From Octopus sinensis (lineage: Eukaryota), in contig NC_043009.1 of NCBI RefSeq assembly GCF_006345805.1, forward strand, positions 48,484,001 through 48,548,000: a DNA stretch of 64,000 nt, read 5' to 3'. The position numbers were made by a program, and so were the translations under genes. The notes beneath the pieces are model-generated. The model made no database searches. It was not told the origin of the DNA and saw only the letters and a list, made by a program, of their open reading frames with translations. This document shows positions 42,111-55,095 of the stretch, piece by piece. The first letter of the stretch is position 1, and every line of letters begins with the position of its first letter.

Positions 42111-42245
42111 TGATATGTGATAAAGTAGAGAAACTAATGATATGAATATCATTATGACTATCATGTTCACTGTCTTAATCAGTATCACAAACGCAACCAT
42201 AACCTTCCACATGGACCGCTTCGTCTTTTACCACCGTCGCATCAC

Positions 42246-42295
<50 letters not shown>

Positions 42296-42578
42296 CCACC
42301 ACCACCATCAACATCATCATCATCAGCAGCAGCAGCACCACCATCATCATCATCATCATCACCACCACCTCCATCATCAGCATCATCATCATCATCACCA
42401 CCACCACCACCACCACCACCACCACCATCATGATCATGATCATCATTATCATCACAATCGTCGAGAATAATAGTATTGGTTTCGAATAATTGCACAAGGC
42501 CAGCAGTTTCGGGTTTAGCAAGTACATCGATTACATAGATTTCAGTGCTGAACAGGCTCATATTTTATCCCTATCCTC

Positions 42579-42613
<35 letters not shown>

Positions 42614-42820
42614 CGACGACGACGACAACAACGACAACATCATCAACACCAACAACAACAACAACAACAATAATAACAATAATTATAGCAATAATAATAA
42701 CAACAATAATAATTTTTCTACTCTAGGCACAAGGCCCGAAATTTGGCGGGAGGCCAGTCGATTAGATCGATCCTAGTAGTTACCGACCCCTAAATGATGA
42801 AAGGCAAAGTAGACCTTGCC

Positions 42821-42897
<77 letters not shown>

Positions 42898-42902
42898 TAA
42901 TA

Positions 42903-42937
<35 letters not shown>

Positions 42938-42947
42938 AATAATAAGA

Positions 42948-42984
<37 letters not shown>

Positions 42985-42989
42985 TCAGA

Positions 42990-43945
42990 TGTAGTTTGGA
43001 CTCTCAAATGTGCTACGACAGGGATGAGACGAAGAAACGCTTTTCAGAACAGAAGGCATATATTTGCCAAGTAGTGAAATGTTGAAGGCAATACAACCTC
43101 CATCGAGTTATAAATACCTGGGAATACTTGAGGCGGATTGACTCAAACACCACGACATGAAGGAAAAGAGAAAAAGAGAGTACCTACGGCGAGTGAGAAA
43201 AATATTGGCTTCAAAGCTAAACGCCAGAAACATAATTTCGGCAATAAATTCGTGTGCAGTTGCAGTAATTCAGCTTGGCGCTGGAATCCTGAAGTGGACA
43301 GAGAAGTAGTTAAAGGAGGTGGACAGAAAGTCAAGAAAGCTCCTAACGATGCATGGAGCCCATCATCCACGTGCATCCACTGATCGCCTATACATGAAGA
43401 AAGTAAATGGAGAAAGGGAACTAATAAGTGTGGAAGACTGCGAGCGCATCGAACTCGAGAGTTTAACGAGATACCAGCCAAAAGTAAGAAAACCTTGCTA
43501 GTGACAGGAACGAGGGAGTATTGAGGCCAGAGAGAAAAGGGAAAACAAAGGAAGATGTACAAAAAGGACTTGAAGAAGAATTACGCAAGAAGGGACTACA
43601 CAATCAATTCCATATAGCTACAACAGACGTTGCTGGAAAAAGTAGGTGGGATTGACTGATGAAAGGAACTTTAAAAAAAGAGAACGAGAGCACTATACTG
43701 GCAGTGCAGGACCAAGCTTTACGAACTAGAGGGTCAACCTGAGCAAGTATCTCCGCTGTGTCGCATCTCCAACAGAGTGGATGAAACCATTGCCCATATC
43801 ACGAACGAATGCCCTAGACTTGCCCCAAACCGCTACAAATTGTGGTGATAAGACTAGTTAAAGAAAGTGTTACATTGGAAACTGTGCGGAAAGTGGAGGG
43901 ACTAGAGAGAGGCAAGAGGTGGTATGAGCATAAATAAACCAGAGA
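42990..43945 (+). mobile_element. Degenerate R4/Dong-like (RLE-type) non-LTR retrotransposon, RT end to zinc knuckle
   Basis: YKYLGILEAD (43109), EYLRRVRKILASKLNARNIISAINS, DRKSRKLLTMHGAHHPRASTDRLY, AVQDQAL, LCRI....ETIAHITNEC, HWKLC..WYEH; many stops and frameshifts. Confidence 0.85.
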
Positions 43946-44081
43946 CATTGAGAGACAAGATTTTGCAACTAAATTTACTAATGAGTTGTGTGCCATGCAA
44001 CTGAAAACCTGGCGTCTGTGTGTTGTAAAAACTTTCTTTTTTTATAAAATTGATGAGAAGGCTGAATGAATAAGATTGTAT

Positions 44082-44420
44082 TTACATTAAAAGGGACTTG
44101 CGTAAGGTATGTAATGTACCCAGAATTATGATCTTTTGCAGTTCACTTATTTGGGGGATGAATATTTCTTTGTTTTGATATCATTCCAAATGTCTCAAAG
44201 ATATTAGGCAATGATGGGATGTCACATTACCCATGATTTCTATTTTCAAGACCTAATATTTGCTCAGTTTCTCAAGCGTTTTCACGGACATATTTCAGTT
44301 AATAGGGGGCGACTATATCAATTAATAAACGTCTTTCCAACATCGTTACATGCATTTTTGAACAGGTCTTTTGGTACCTTTCTGTTTCAGAATCAGCTCT
44401 AAAGTCGTCTGGCTTGTCTA
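44082..44420 (-). mobile_element. R4/Dong-like LINE, restriction-like endonuclease C-terminus
   Basis: The minus strand gives KPD, LLIDIVAP, EKLSKY*VLKIEI and ELQKIIILGTLHTLRKSLLM*, typical of the PD-(D/E)xK C-terminus. Confidence 0.75.
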
Positions 44421-44454
44421 CATCACAACCACAATAATTAATTATTTCTGTATT

Positions 44455-44675
44455 GTCCACAAGGGATTAAACATAGAAGAGACAAGCAAGGATAGACAAA
44501 GGTATTAAGTCGATTACATCGACCCCAGTGCGTAACTGGTACTTGATTTATCGACCCCGAAAGGATGAATGGCAAAGTCGACCTCGGCGGAATTTGAACT
44601 CAGAACGTAGCGGCAGACAAAATACTGCTAAGCATTTCGCCCGGCGTGCTAACGTTTCTGCCAGCTCGCCGCCTT
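44455..44675 (-). mobile_element. SINE family B
   Basis: Close reverse complement of the consensus, ending CCAGCTCGCCGCCTT. Confidence 0.9.
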
Positions 44676-44754
44676 AAACCACAATAAGTACTATCCTGAC
44701 CACAAGTATCACGACTGTCGTCGCCGCCGCCACCCACATCCCCCCACCACCACT

Positions 44755-44797
<43 letters not shown>

Positions 44798-45060
44798 CCG
44801 TGGTCGTTGTCAGCAGCAGTAGCAGTAGCAGCAGCTTTACACGTTTTCGTCATCAACAACAATAGCAACAACATTCTTTATCCCCGAAGTGTTTTTTTTT
44901 TTGTTAGTCAATTTGTTCACCATAACAGCAACTCAAAAACAAATTCCAAAACAGACGAAACAAAATCAGAAAACACAATTGCGAGAAGACTGAGGGCGGT
45001 GGTGCAGATGAGTGCAACGGCGGTGGTGATAGATAGAAAGAAAAGAGAAAAAAAAGAGAG

Positions 45061-45099
<39 letters not shown>

Positions 45100-45261
45100 T
45101 ATTGTTAGGGTGGAGAAAACTAAAATTAAAATTGGAAAACAAAGATGTTTATTAAATCGCCTGTAGGTAGCTGACTGATACACGGTTAAATGATTAATTA
45201 AGTGCTAAGACCATATAATTCTTTTCGGCTGTTCCTCTGGTATGTCAGTATATTTTTTACG

Positions 45262-45338
<77 letters not shown>

Positions 45339-45394
45339 TACTTTTATTTTTATAGCGTGCTTTCACTTCACTACCGAGCACAGCTCTGTGTGCC

Positions 45395-45454
<60 letters not shown>

Positions 45455-45510
45455 CCTGATCAACTTGAACAGGATTATCATGATCATGTTCACAATCATC
45501 ATCATCGTCG

Positions 45511-45576
<66 letters not shown>

Positions 45577-46199
45577 CCACCATCATCACCACCGTCATCA
45601 CAATATTGTCATTATTATTGTTGTTTTATTAATTTATCACTACTGGTACAAGTATTGCTAGTAGTAGTAGTTTTTCCCTTGTTGAAAAGGTGTTTTTTTA
45701 AAACCTTTTTCTTGACGCTGCAGTTTGCAACAGTGTTCATATTTTTTATTCCTAAAGTTGTGGAATCTGGGAAATTCATCTCACTAAAAATGCTTATAAA
45801 TAGTTTATTAACAAAGTAATAAAAATAAAAGCAAAAAAATGAAAAACAAAAGAATATTTAGCACAATAAATGTCTCTGCAAAAATAGCAAGGACAATTTA
45901 AATTCAGCATATCCAAAAATGAACATAAGAAAACAAGAGAGAGGATAACCCTAACAATAAGAACAACATCAAGACAGCAATGCCGTCATCACCACTGCCA
46001 CTGCTACTACTACTACTACCATCATCACCATCACCAATAATAATGATAATATTGATTTCAAATTTTGGCACAAGACCCCCACCCAGCACAAAGCAGTATC
46101 TGTAGACCGTGCGGTTTCATCAGTACAGAATAACTCTTCAGCTGAGATGGTTACTGCTAAACACCCGTTCGAGAATAGACAATAATTTTCTAAATGACT

Positions 46200-46445
46200 C
46201 ACAATCACTGATCTAATAGAATACTGCTTAATGCTGGGTAAGGGTGCTAATCTCCCCAGCCCGAAAATATAAGAACACAGATCGCGTGTCGTATAGCCAG
46301 CCGGAGACGATGTCTCCTGGGGCTAAATAACAGTAGCATTCGCCTCAAAATGGGACTGCCACATTAGGTTGGCAAAAAATTGTTACTTTAAAGTGCTGCT
46401 ACTGAATATCTCTCGCTAAGAGATTTAGAAGCAACAATATTTCTA
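46200..46445 (+). mobile_element. Copy of the PLE-like terminal unit found at 34430-35125
   Basis: GCTGGGTAAGGGTGCTAATCTCCCC...GGGGCTAAATAACAGTAGCATT...GGGACTGCCACATTAGGTTGGCA aligns to the reverse complement of 34450-34600. Confidence 0.65.
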
Positions 46446-46523
46446 CTGTATATATATATATATATATATACGTTTAAATATTTGTCGTGCAAGTTTTTTA
46501 TGTGAAGTCGTGTGTTGAAACAG

Positions 46524-46795
46524 ATATTGTTGTATTTAGGAATGGTCATTTTGCCAGTTTAGCCAATAAAAACACACGCACTATATATTTGGTGTTACTT
46601 TGCTTCAGTGTTATTTATTTTTTACATTAATCTTAATCTTATTTCGGCCAGAGTTCTTTCGTCACACACCTGTGACCGCATCAGTGGTCCTTTGTTTTCT
46701 TCTTACTTATTTGTGTCTCTCCTTACTAACTGTCAGCCATTTTGTATTTTTATTGGCTAAACTAGCAAAATGACCATTCCTAAATACAACAATAT
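46524..46795. mobile_element. Element bounded by a 49-bp inverted repeat, with an internal hammerhead motif
   Basis: 46524-46572 and 46747-46795 are reverse complements with one mismatch; the right end runs into (TA)n. Confidence 0.8.
46646..46690 (-). ncRNA. Minimal type I hammerhead-ribozyme-like motif
   Basis: Minus strand GGACCA-CUGAUGCG-GUCACA ggug UGUGAC-GAAA-G aa C-UC-UGGCC: perfect 6-bp stem II, minimal stem III, CUC cleavage triplet, stem I with one mismatch. C is found at the conserved A9 position. Confidence 0.6.
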
Positions 46796-46934
46796 ATATA
46801 TATATATACGCTATATTAAATCTCTGAGCGAGATGTAAAATGTAGCAATACGGAATCGTAAAATATAGTTGCCAACCAAATGTGGCGTCTTATAGGGGAC
46901 AATGCTACTGACGTCTAAAGCCCGTGTTTCTCCT

Positions 46935-47195
46935 TTATGGTTTTGAGAAACCTAATTTCTCAAGATTGGTATTTAGGCAGTGTATTACATATCCCAGAGC
47001 CCCAATATTTACAGATATAAACCTGAACATGTTATCTGGATAAAGTAACTGTAGATTTCTCAATAGTTCAGCGTAGGTATTCTTTTTCTCACTGATTTTC
47101 AGTTTTACGTTAACATCCACTGGGTAGCTAATCTCCACAACTGTACACAGTTTCTCTTCTCTATCCCAAGTCGTTATATCAGGTCTGTTATGCTT
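46935..47195 (-). mobile_element. RLE endonuclease fragment of a non-LTR retrotransposon (R4/Dong/CRE group)
   Basis: HNRPDITTWDREEKLCTVVEISYPVDVNV..K...Y..L...IGALG = PD..(D/E) restriction-like motif. Confidence 0.8.
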
Positions 47196-48452
47196 TATAG
47201 ATGTATGGAAGTACGTGCATATGTATATGTTTATATGTATATGTGTATATTATATATAATTATATATATATATATATATATATAATATTTATATGTATAT
47301 ATATATATATGTATATATATGTTGTATATATATTATATATATATAATATATATAATACCATATATATATACATATATATAAGTATTATGTGTATGTATAT
47401 TTATATATACATGTATAGTTATTAATTATATATTATGTAATCATATATATATTCTTAAAGATATTGATGTAAAATTTGTCCTCACATTTATATGTATACA
47501 TATTTATATATTGTAACAACAAAGTAACACAGTAACTTAGACACGTTTATAGATACACAATATACAATCATGCATACACAGACATATATACATACATGCA
47601 TGTTTACATACACTTCTGTATACATACACACATTACGCGATACTTGGGTAAAGGCTTGTATAGACACAATATATCGGCCCCGCGCTGTGTATAGTTCTAT
47701 ACCCATAATTACGTCTATACATAATTTAAGAATATTATTTACATATATGTAAATTAGTAATCCTCATCAAATTTACATAAATTCACAATTGTCGCGTGCA
47801 CATATCGGTAAATTTTTCCCAACAACAGCCCATCGTTGTTAAGAAGCGGCATTCTGTCAAATATTTATGTTTCACAGACAGCAACTGTAAAATTTTCGGC
47901 CATTTTCTTTCGTTACTTCGTTTTCTTATTGATATATTTAGTGTTTTATTTTATCTTACTTTAATCGTAATTGCTCTTTTGCTTCTTCAAATCTCCGTTT
48001 CTGCCACAAATCCTGTTGCACAACATTTTCCTGCATATTTTAGTAAATGCAGAATTTTACGCTAATTTGCCGAAATCTTCTACTTTGTATTTCATTTTAT
48101 TTTCACTTTCATTTTTGGTTTTATAATATCTATAGATTTTTCTCTTTCGTTTCTTTAAAGTTTTCAGTTCGATTAGGACCTCATAGATACGGATATGTTT
48201 GGCAAATTGATTTCATGTTTTGACTACATGCATTGTGTTGAGGTAAAACGAGGCTGATGATCATCTTGAAAACCACAGTTTTTTTTTTTGTGGAAGATGG
48301 TTATTTTATGAATTTTTCGCTCATTATTGAACGCAATGCATCAACGGATTTCATATGGTGATCATGGGGCTTCACTATCATAATTTCAAAGGTCTTAAAG
48401 ATGTCGAGAATGATATGTCTGTATGTGTGTGTATGTATATATATATATATTA

Positions 48453-48488
<36 letters not shown>

Positions 48489-48882
48489 ATATATATATTA
48501 TATATGTATGTATGTATATATATAATATATATATGTATATATACATAGTAAGAGAGGGAGATAAGGAGGCAGAAAGAAACGGATATGTGTTTGCGCGTGA
48601 CTGTATTAGTTTCTTAATGTTAATGTTGGGGTTCCTATAAAAATATTTATTGATGAAACGATTCAGCACTTTAATAAAAAAAAAATCAAATTTATTACGA
48701 TTTGTGCTGACTGAAACTTCGGGTTTCGCTTCAATCTCTCATTCAACCGTGTTTGGGAAGTTGCAAATGGTCAGCGAATCTCTCTCTCTCTCTAACCTTT
48801 TTTCTTTTTTTCTTTCTCGATCTCTTCTCTTCTCTCTCTCCCTCTCTATCCCTCTCTGAATCTCTATATATATATATATATA

Positions 48883-48931
<49 letters not shown>

Positions 48932-48948
48932 TATTATATATACTGATC

Positions 48949-49060
48949 TTTAACAGGAAAACTATTGACAGCGACTTCGAAGTCTCGGCTGGCTAACTGA
49001 ACACCGGAATAGATAGCTGGCTCAAACTTCGACGTCACTGTCAGTACTATTCTTGTTAAA
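48949..49060. repeat. Imperfect hairpin, about 47-bp stem and 18-nt loop
   Basis: AACAGGAAAACTATTGACAGCGACTTCGAAGTCTCGGCTGGCTA pairs with TAGCTGGCTCAAACTTCGACGTCACTGTCAGTACTATTCTTGTT. Confidence 0.75.
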
Positions 49061-49184
49061 CAATAATGAATTTGTACCCTACTACAAGTATTGAGTAATC
49101 CTTCAGTTTAATGTAAAATTATATTCTTATAACAAAAACAAACACTAAGGTATATATTATATATATATATATATACATATATAT

Positions 49185-49374
49185 GCCATGATAGATCGCT
49201 AGCTACTATACATTGTTTATTTTCTCTCCTTGTTTCTTTCTGTGTTCCTTTCTGTGGAAGAGCGTAGGCTCGAAACGTTAAAGACTTTTTCACTTCCCGA
49301 GCATTATACTAACACATCTGTTTGTTGTCTACACCACCTGTCTTCGTCTTTTGTTCTTTTGTGAATTCTACCCC
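49185..49374 (+). mobile_element. Short (TA)n-flanked repeat with hammerhead-like core
   Basis: CTTT-CTGTGGA-A-GAGC gtag GCTC-GAAACGTT-AAAG; paralogue of 35890-36090. Confidence 0.7.
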
Positions 49375-49421
<47 letters not shown>

Positions 49422-50102
49422 GCATACGTATAAGTGCGTGTCTTTGTATGTGTGTGTGTGCGTGTATATATATGTATTCATCTTTATGTGTATTCATGTT
49501 ATTCAATCATGTTTGGTAAGTTGCAAATTGTCAGTGAATCTCTCTGTCTCTCTCCCTCTTGTCTCTCTCTCCCTCTTTGTCTCTCTCTCTCTCCTTCTCT
49601 CTCTCTCTCTCTCTTCTCTTTCTGTATATATATATATATATAATATATATATATATATTATATATATACACATTAAATCAGTCTTTATATGTATTTATAG
49701 ATATATATACATAAGGGATCATTCACATATTTGTTATATTTGTGCCCCTGAGAGACTGTTGGCTCACAATATTGTATGCGAGTGCGTTTATGTGTGTATG
49801 TATGTGTGTTTTAGTAGTTGCTATAGAATATGCAGGCGCGCACATTTGTGATTTATGTGTAAGTCTACTGTTTTTAATTTGAATACCTTGACTTCTTCCT
49901 ATACAGCATGACTGGTTTCCGACAAAGAGACACGAGTCCACGGTCGGAATTTCCATGGCAGCAGTGGTGACGATTTGTATGTTGAATTTTAGAAACACTT
50001 TATCTATAACTTCTGTAGCTATTAAATGCTGAACAGGAAAATTTCATGTTAATTGTCCACTTGTTTTGACAAGAAAAAACACAGATATTTAAGCTTAATA
50101 TA

Positions 50103-50251
50103 TTGTGGCAAGTAGCTTGCTTACCAACGACATGGTTCCGGTTCAGTCCTGCTGCGTGGCACTTTGGGCAAGTGTCTTCTACTATAGCCTCGGGCCGACC
50201 ACAGCCTTGTGAGTAGATTTGGTAGATGGAAACTGAAAGAAGCCCGTCGTA

Positions 50252-50290
<39 letters not shown>

Positions 50291-50525
50291 GTGTGTGTGT
50301 GTATATGTTTGTGTGCCTGTGTTTATCCCCCCAACATCGCTTGACAACCGATGCTGGTGTGTTTATGTCCCAGCAACTTAGCGGTTCGGCCAAAGAGACC
50401 GATAGAATAAGTACTAGACTTACAAAGAATAAGTCCTGGGGTCGATTTGCTCGACTAAAGGCCATGATCCAGCATGGCTACAGTCAAATGACTGAAACTA
50501 GTAAAAGAGTATAAGAGTAAAAGAG
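50103..50525 (+). mobile_element. SINE family A
   Basis: Consensus body and (AAGAGTA)n tail. Confidence 0.9.
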
Positions 50526-50563
50526 TAAATGCACCAGTAATTATTGGTACCGGCATAAATTGA

Positions 50564-50830
50564 TAATTGGGTTGCAAAGTTCTGTCCGTTAATGTTACTT
50601 TATTCATTGAATTTGAAAGAATGATTCGCAACCCTATGTGAGTGAGCATGTATGACAGTTTAATTTTTGGACTAGTAGATTGTTCTCATCAAGTCTTCTG
50701 TCAAATGCATGCAAAACAGAGCTAAGATACTATTTATGAAAAATATGGTTACGTTATAACTTTCATGGGATGGAGTATTATTGACATCGATAGCGAAACC
50801 ATGGAGATATCTAACAGGGACCTGATGATG
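50564..50830 (+). mobile_element. Possible decayed mariner 5' end
   Basis: TTGGGTTGCAAAGTTCTGTCCG resembles the TIR at 19955, and MEISNRDL resembles MEVSKEHL; weak. Confidence 0.3.
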
Positions 50831-51303
50831 GGTGTTCCTAACATACGTGGTGCGTTATCTTTTTCTTTTCGTTTACATCTATCGCCAACATCACTAAAAT
50901 TAATTTCGAATCCAGAAATTGCATAAAGTATATTATAAAAGTAGGTTTATGGCTGGAATTAGAAAGCGTACGCTTAGACCAGAGACAAACTTAATTAACG
51001 ATGCGTTAAATGCTGCTAGAACAGCTTCTGCAATGTAATATACAAACGTTCTAGCGTGAATATGTCGCAGAATGTAAAATTCTGGTGAGCAATCTGGGAT
51101 TAGCTTACTAATATGGCAGAAATTAAAACAACGCATGCGCCAGATGAAGCTGGGATATATAAAATTGTGAATTTAGTGTTTGGTAAAAAGAAAAAGTATG
51201 AAATATATATAAATATAAAACGTGTAAGTTTTATTTATGAGACATAAATATATACATATGTATGACCCTGACTCTACTCTTATAACCATTATAGTCATAT
51301 GAA

Positions 51304-51375
<72 letters not shown>

Positions 51376-51380
51376 ATCTC

Positions 51381-51443
<63 letters not shown>

Positions 51444-51537
51444 ATCTATCCATCCACCTATCCCTCTGTCTGTCTATCTATAAGTCTATCTATCTATCTA
51501 TCTATCTATCTCTATGTATGTATATATGTATGTATGT

Positions 51538-51592
<55 letters not shown>

Positions 51593-51706
51593 GTATCTAT
51601 ATATATGTGATATGTTATATATGTATGTAAAATAATATATATATATATATATATATAATATATTATATATATGCACGTATATATATTATAGTAGGTATGT
51701 ATATTC

Positions 51707-51747
<41 letters not shown>

Positions 51748-52061
51748 GTATATATATATATAAATACATGCACTTACATATGTGAATAAATGTAGTTGAG
51801 CATATGTCTTTCTGTTTACTTGTCTCTTGCACATCAGTGCGGCCAGATCCAGAGATAAGTGTGTGGATGCGTGACAACTGTGCCTGCATTTATATGCATC
51901 TAATTGCATTTTAATGTAAGACTAAGTCGTTATTAGGAAACGCCGGTGAATATGTAAAGGTAAATTTTAAGTAATTTTATATTTGTATGTTTTAACACCT
52001 GCTTCGCTACCTATCAATATGTGTGTATGTATGTATGTATCTGTCCTTCTATCTACCTATT

Positions 52062-52092
<31 letters not shown>

Positions 52093-52172
52093 CTATCTAT
52101 CATCTATCTATCTATATCTATCTATCTATCTATCTATCTGTCCTATTCTATCTATCTATCTATCTATCTATC

Positions 52173-52219
<47 letters not shown>

Positions 52220-52557
52220 CTCTATATCTATCTATCTATCTATCTAATCTATCTCATCTAATAGTATATAGATATAACTATAGCTATATATATATATAAT
52301 ATTATATAATACATACATATATAGGAGTTATATATATATACACACATACACATATAATAATAATAATATAATAATAATAATAATATAATAATAATAATAA
52401 TAATAATAACGTAATATGCATTAGTTTGCAGCCTAATAAATCTTCATCCATCATTTTGATCTCTCCCGAACTAATGAACTATTTCATCACGCACACAGGC
52501 ATACGCACTCTCTGTCTCTCACACACACACGCTCACACACACACCACACACACACAT

Positions 52558-52589
<32 letters not shown>

Positions 52590-53169
52590 TTGTGAGGCGC
52601 ATGTCTGTATGTGTGTGTGTGTGTATGATGCAATGTACTGAGCGTTTTCATACATTGCTAGCCATAATTACATGAAAAGAGAACGACTGTTACTCTGTGT
52701 GCGGACGTAAGTTGCGTTCGTAGCCCCTGTATATGTCATTGCCTAACTGTGTGTGTGTGTCCCCATTTATACGTGATGCTTGTAATACATCTGTGTGTGT
52801 ATGTGTGTTTTACGGTCATTGTTTCTATGCATTAAGTGTTCCATTAAAAGTCTAATGTAGTTATATCAGTGGTGTGTGAGCATATGGTCCAGCCGGATGC
52901 AGAATTTGGGGAAAATTATTATTCATATGAAATCGATATATAAATGTACATTGTGCTATATAAAAACCTAAGTTGTAACCCGACTTTTATCTGGACAATG
53001 ATATTCCCTATGAAGTATATGTGGGTCTAGACAGTGCTTGAATACGTGTTTATTTTACCTTTATCATATTTTCCACCTCATAAGTGGTTCCAAAATGTGG
53101 GTTTATTGGCCAGGATGAACATATTTGGTGTGAATTACTCTAAAATGAATATTTGTATTCATACTTAGG

Positions 53170-53516
53170 CTCAGGTGCGGCTCTGTGGTACGAAGAAGCT
53201 TACTATCCAACTACATGGTTTGGGTTTCAGTCCCACTGCGTGGCACATCGGCCAAATATCTTCTACTATAGCCTCGAGCCGACCACTTTGTACTGCAACT
53301 TTGTACTGAGGAAAGCAAACTCCGAATGACCCGTCCTTGTTTTCTTTGTATCGTCTATCTGGATGTTTTGTTGTCCCTTTCTTGTATCACCTAACTCTCT
53401 GGGCTGGGTGCTTTGCGTTCTTGTCCCATTTTGTATTTTATATATATATATGCGTGGTGTATGTGTGTGTATATATATATACCTATTTGGAAGCCTCTTA
53501 TTGTATTTGTATACGT

Positions 53517-53550
<34 letters not shown>

Positions 53551-53595
53551 GTATACGTATATATATGTATACGTATATATATATAGTATATATAT

Positions 53596-53637
<42 letters not shown>

Positions 53638-53875
53638 CATGCGTATGTATATGTGTGTTTGTCTTTGTATCTGTGGTTTGTCTCCCCACCACGCGTTTGA
53701 CTGGTGGAATATTTACGTTTCCGTAAGTTAGCGGTTCGACAAAAGAATCCGATAGAATAAGTACCAGGTTTTTAAAGAAAGTAAGTCCTGGTTCGATACA
53801 TTCGGCTAAAAATTCTTCAAGGCGGTGCCCCAGCATGGCTGCACTCTAAAGACTACAACAAGTAAAAGATAAAAT
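53170..53875 (+). mobile_element. SINE family A interrupted by a foreign segment (about 53286-53640)
   Basis: The head runs to GAGCCGACC (about 53284) and the body resumes after (TA)n at about 53650. Confidence 0.8.
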
Positions 53876-53904
53876 ATAATGATGCTCAAAATAGGGCCAA
53901 ATAT

Positions 53905-54120
53905 TCTTTTCTATTCTAGACAAAAGGCCCGAAATTTTGGGGGATGGAGTCAGTCTATTAGATCGACCCTAGAAAGCAACTTGCTGTTAATTTATCGGTC
54001 CCGAAATGATGAAAGGCAAAGTCGATCTCGGCGGAATTTGAACTCAGTGCGTATGGACACACGAAATACCACTAAGCATTTCGCCCGGCGTGCTAGCGTT
54101 TCTGCCAGCTCGCCGCCTTA
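53905..54120 (-). mobile_element. SINE family B
   Basis: Reverse-complement consensus ending CCAGCTCGCCGCCTTA. Confidence 0.88.
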
Positions 54121-54369
54121 TAATAAGGTACAGTATTGTTTCAACATTGTTCCAATAATGTACTTTTTAAAATCTTTGTAAAACCCTTGAACATTGGGTT
54201 GTTTTTCAGATAATTGAAAAATGGTTCAGAACAGCCATTTTATGTGTTTAAGGAGCTATTTTTGCTATCACATGCATGGTTTCTGTTTCAGGCTTACTTT
54301 TTATCAACCAGGAGTATTTCACTATAGCCCCGAACCCTTCAATGCACTATGAGTGAATCTGACACATAG

Positions 54370-54437
<68 letters not shown>

Positions 54438-54449
54438 GGAACCTGTATG

Positions 54450-54800
54450 ACCGAAACCATATTTATGAAGCGACCGTAAATTCTACGAACGCTAATAATA
54501 CAGTTTCATCCAAGAGATATATGTGTTTCACAGTGGGAAATTTCAAAGCAAGATTCAACAATCACGCCTGAAGCTTCAGTTATATATGGTTCTTAAAAGA
54601 ACAATGTTTGAACTACAGGATTTACTGGAAGATCTTAACAAAATGTAAACCTTATACCAACGGCAGTGGTAAGTGCGGTCTTAGTAATATGGAAAAATAT
54701 GTCTTATCTGGAAATATACCTTCGACACCGCTACATGTTTAAATTCAAGAACTGAACATTTTGGTTCATGTTCATATATCACAAAATGCCCGTTACAGTG
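54450..54800 (+). mobile_element. Penelope-like element, GIY-YIG endonuclease C-terminal remnant
   Basis: NHIYEATV...KRYMCFTVGNFKARFNNHA*SF, then WKILTKCKPYTNGSGKCGLSNMEKY and CLNSRTEHFGSC: the standard PLE GIY-YIG motif order. Confidence 0.85.
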
Positions 54801-55045
54801 TTGGGCCCCCAAGATTACGGCTAGAATCCATATTTCTACCATATTCCTGCACATGCTTTCCCATATGTTTTAACTTCGAATAATTTTCAATTTTTAATTT
54901 TTTAATTTTAATTAAAATTTTTTCTTCGCTTTTTCCATTTTGTATGTGTACGTGTGTGTCTATATGTATATGTATGTATATATATTATATGTATATGTGT
55001 GTGTATGTGTATCTATGTGTTTGTGCATATGTATATATATATGTG

Positions 55046-55095
<50 letters not shown>

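Noticed and set aside
46105-46140. CTGATGA plus an ACCG/CGGT hairpin on the minus strand
   Set aside because: GAAA is replaced by TACA and there is no proper stem I or III; it is only a small hairpin.
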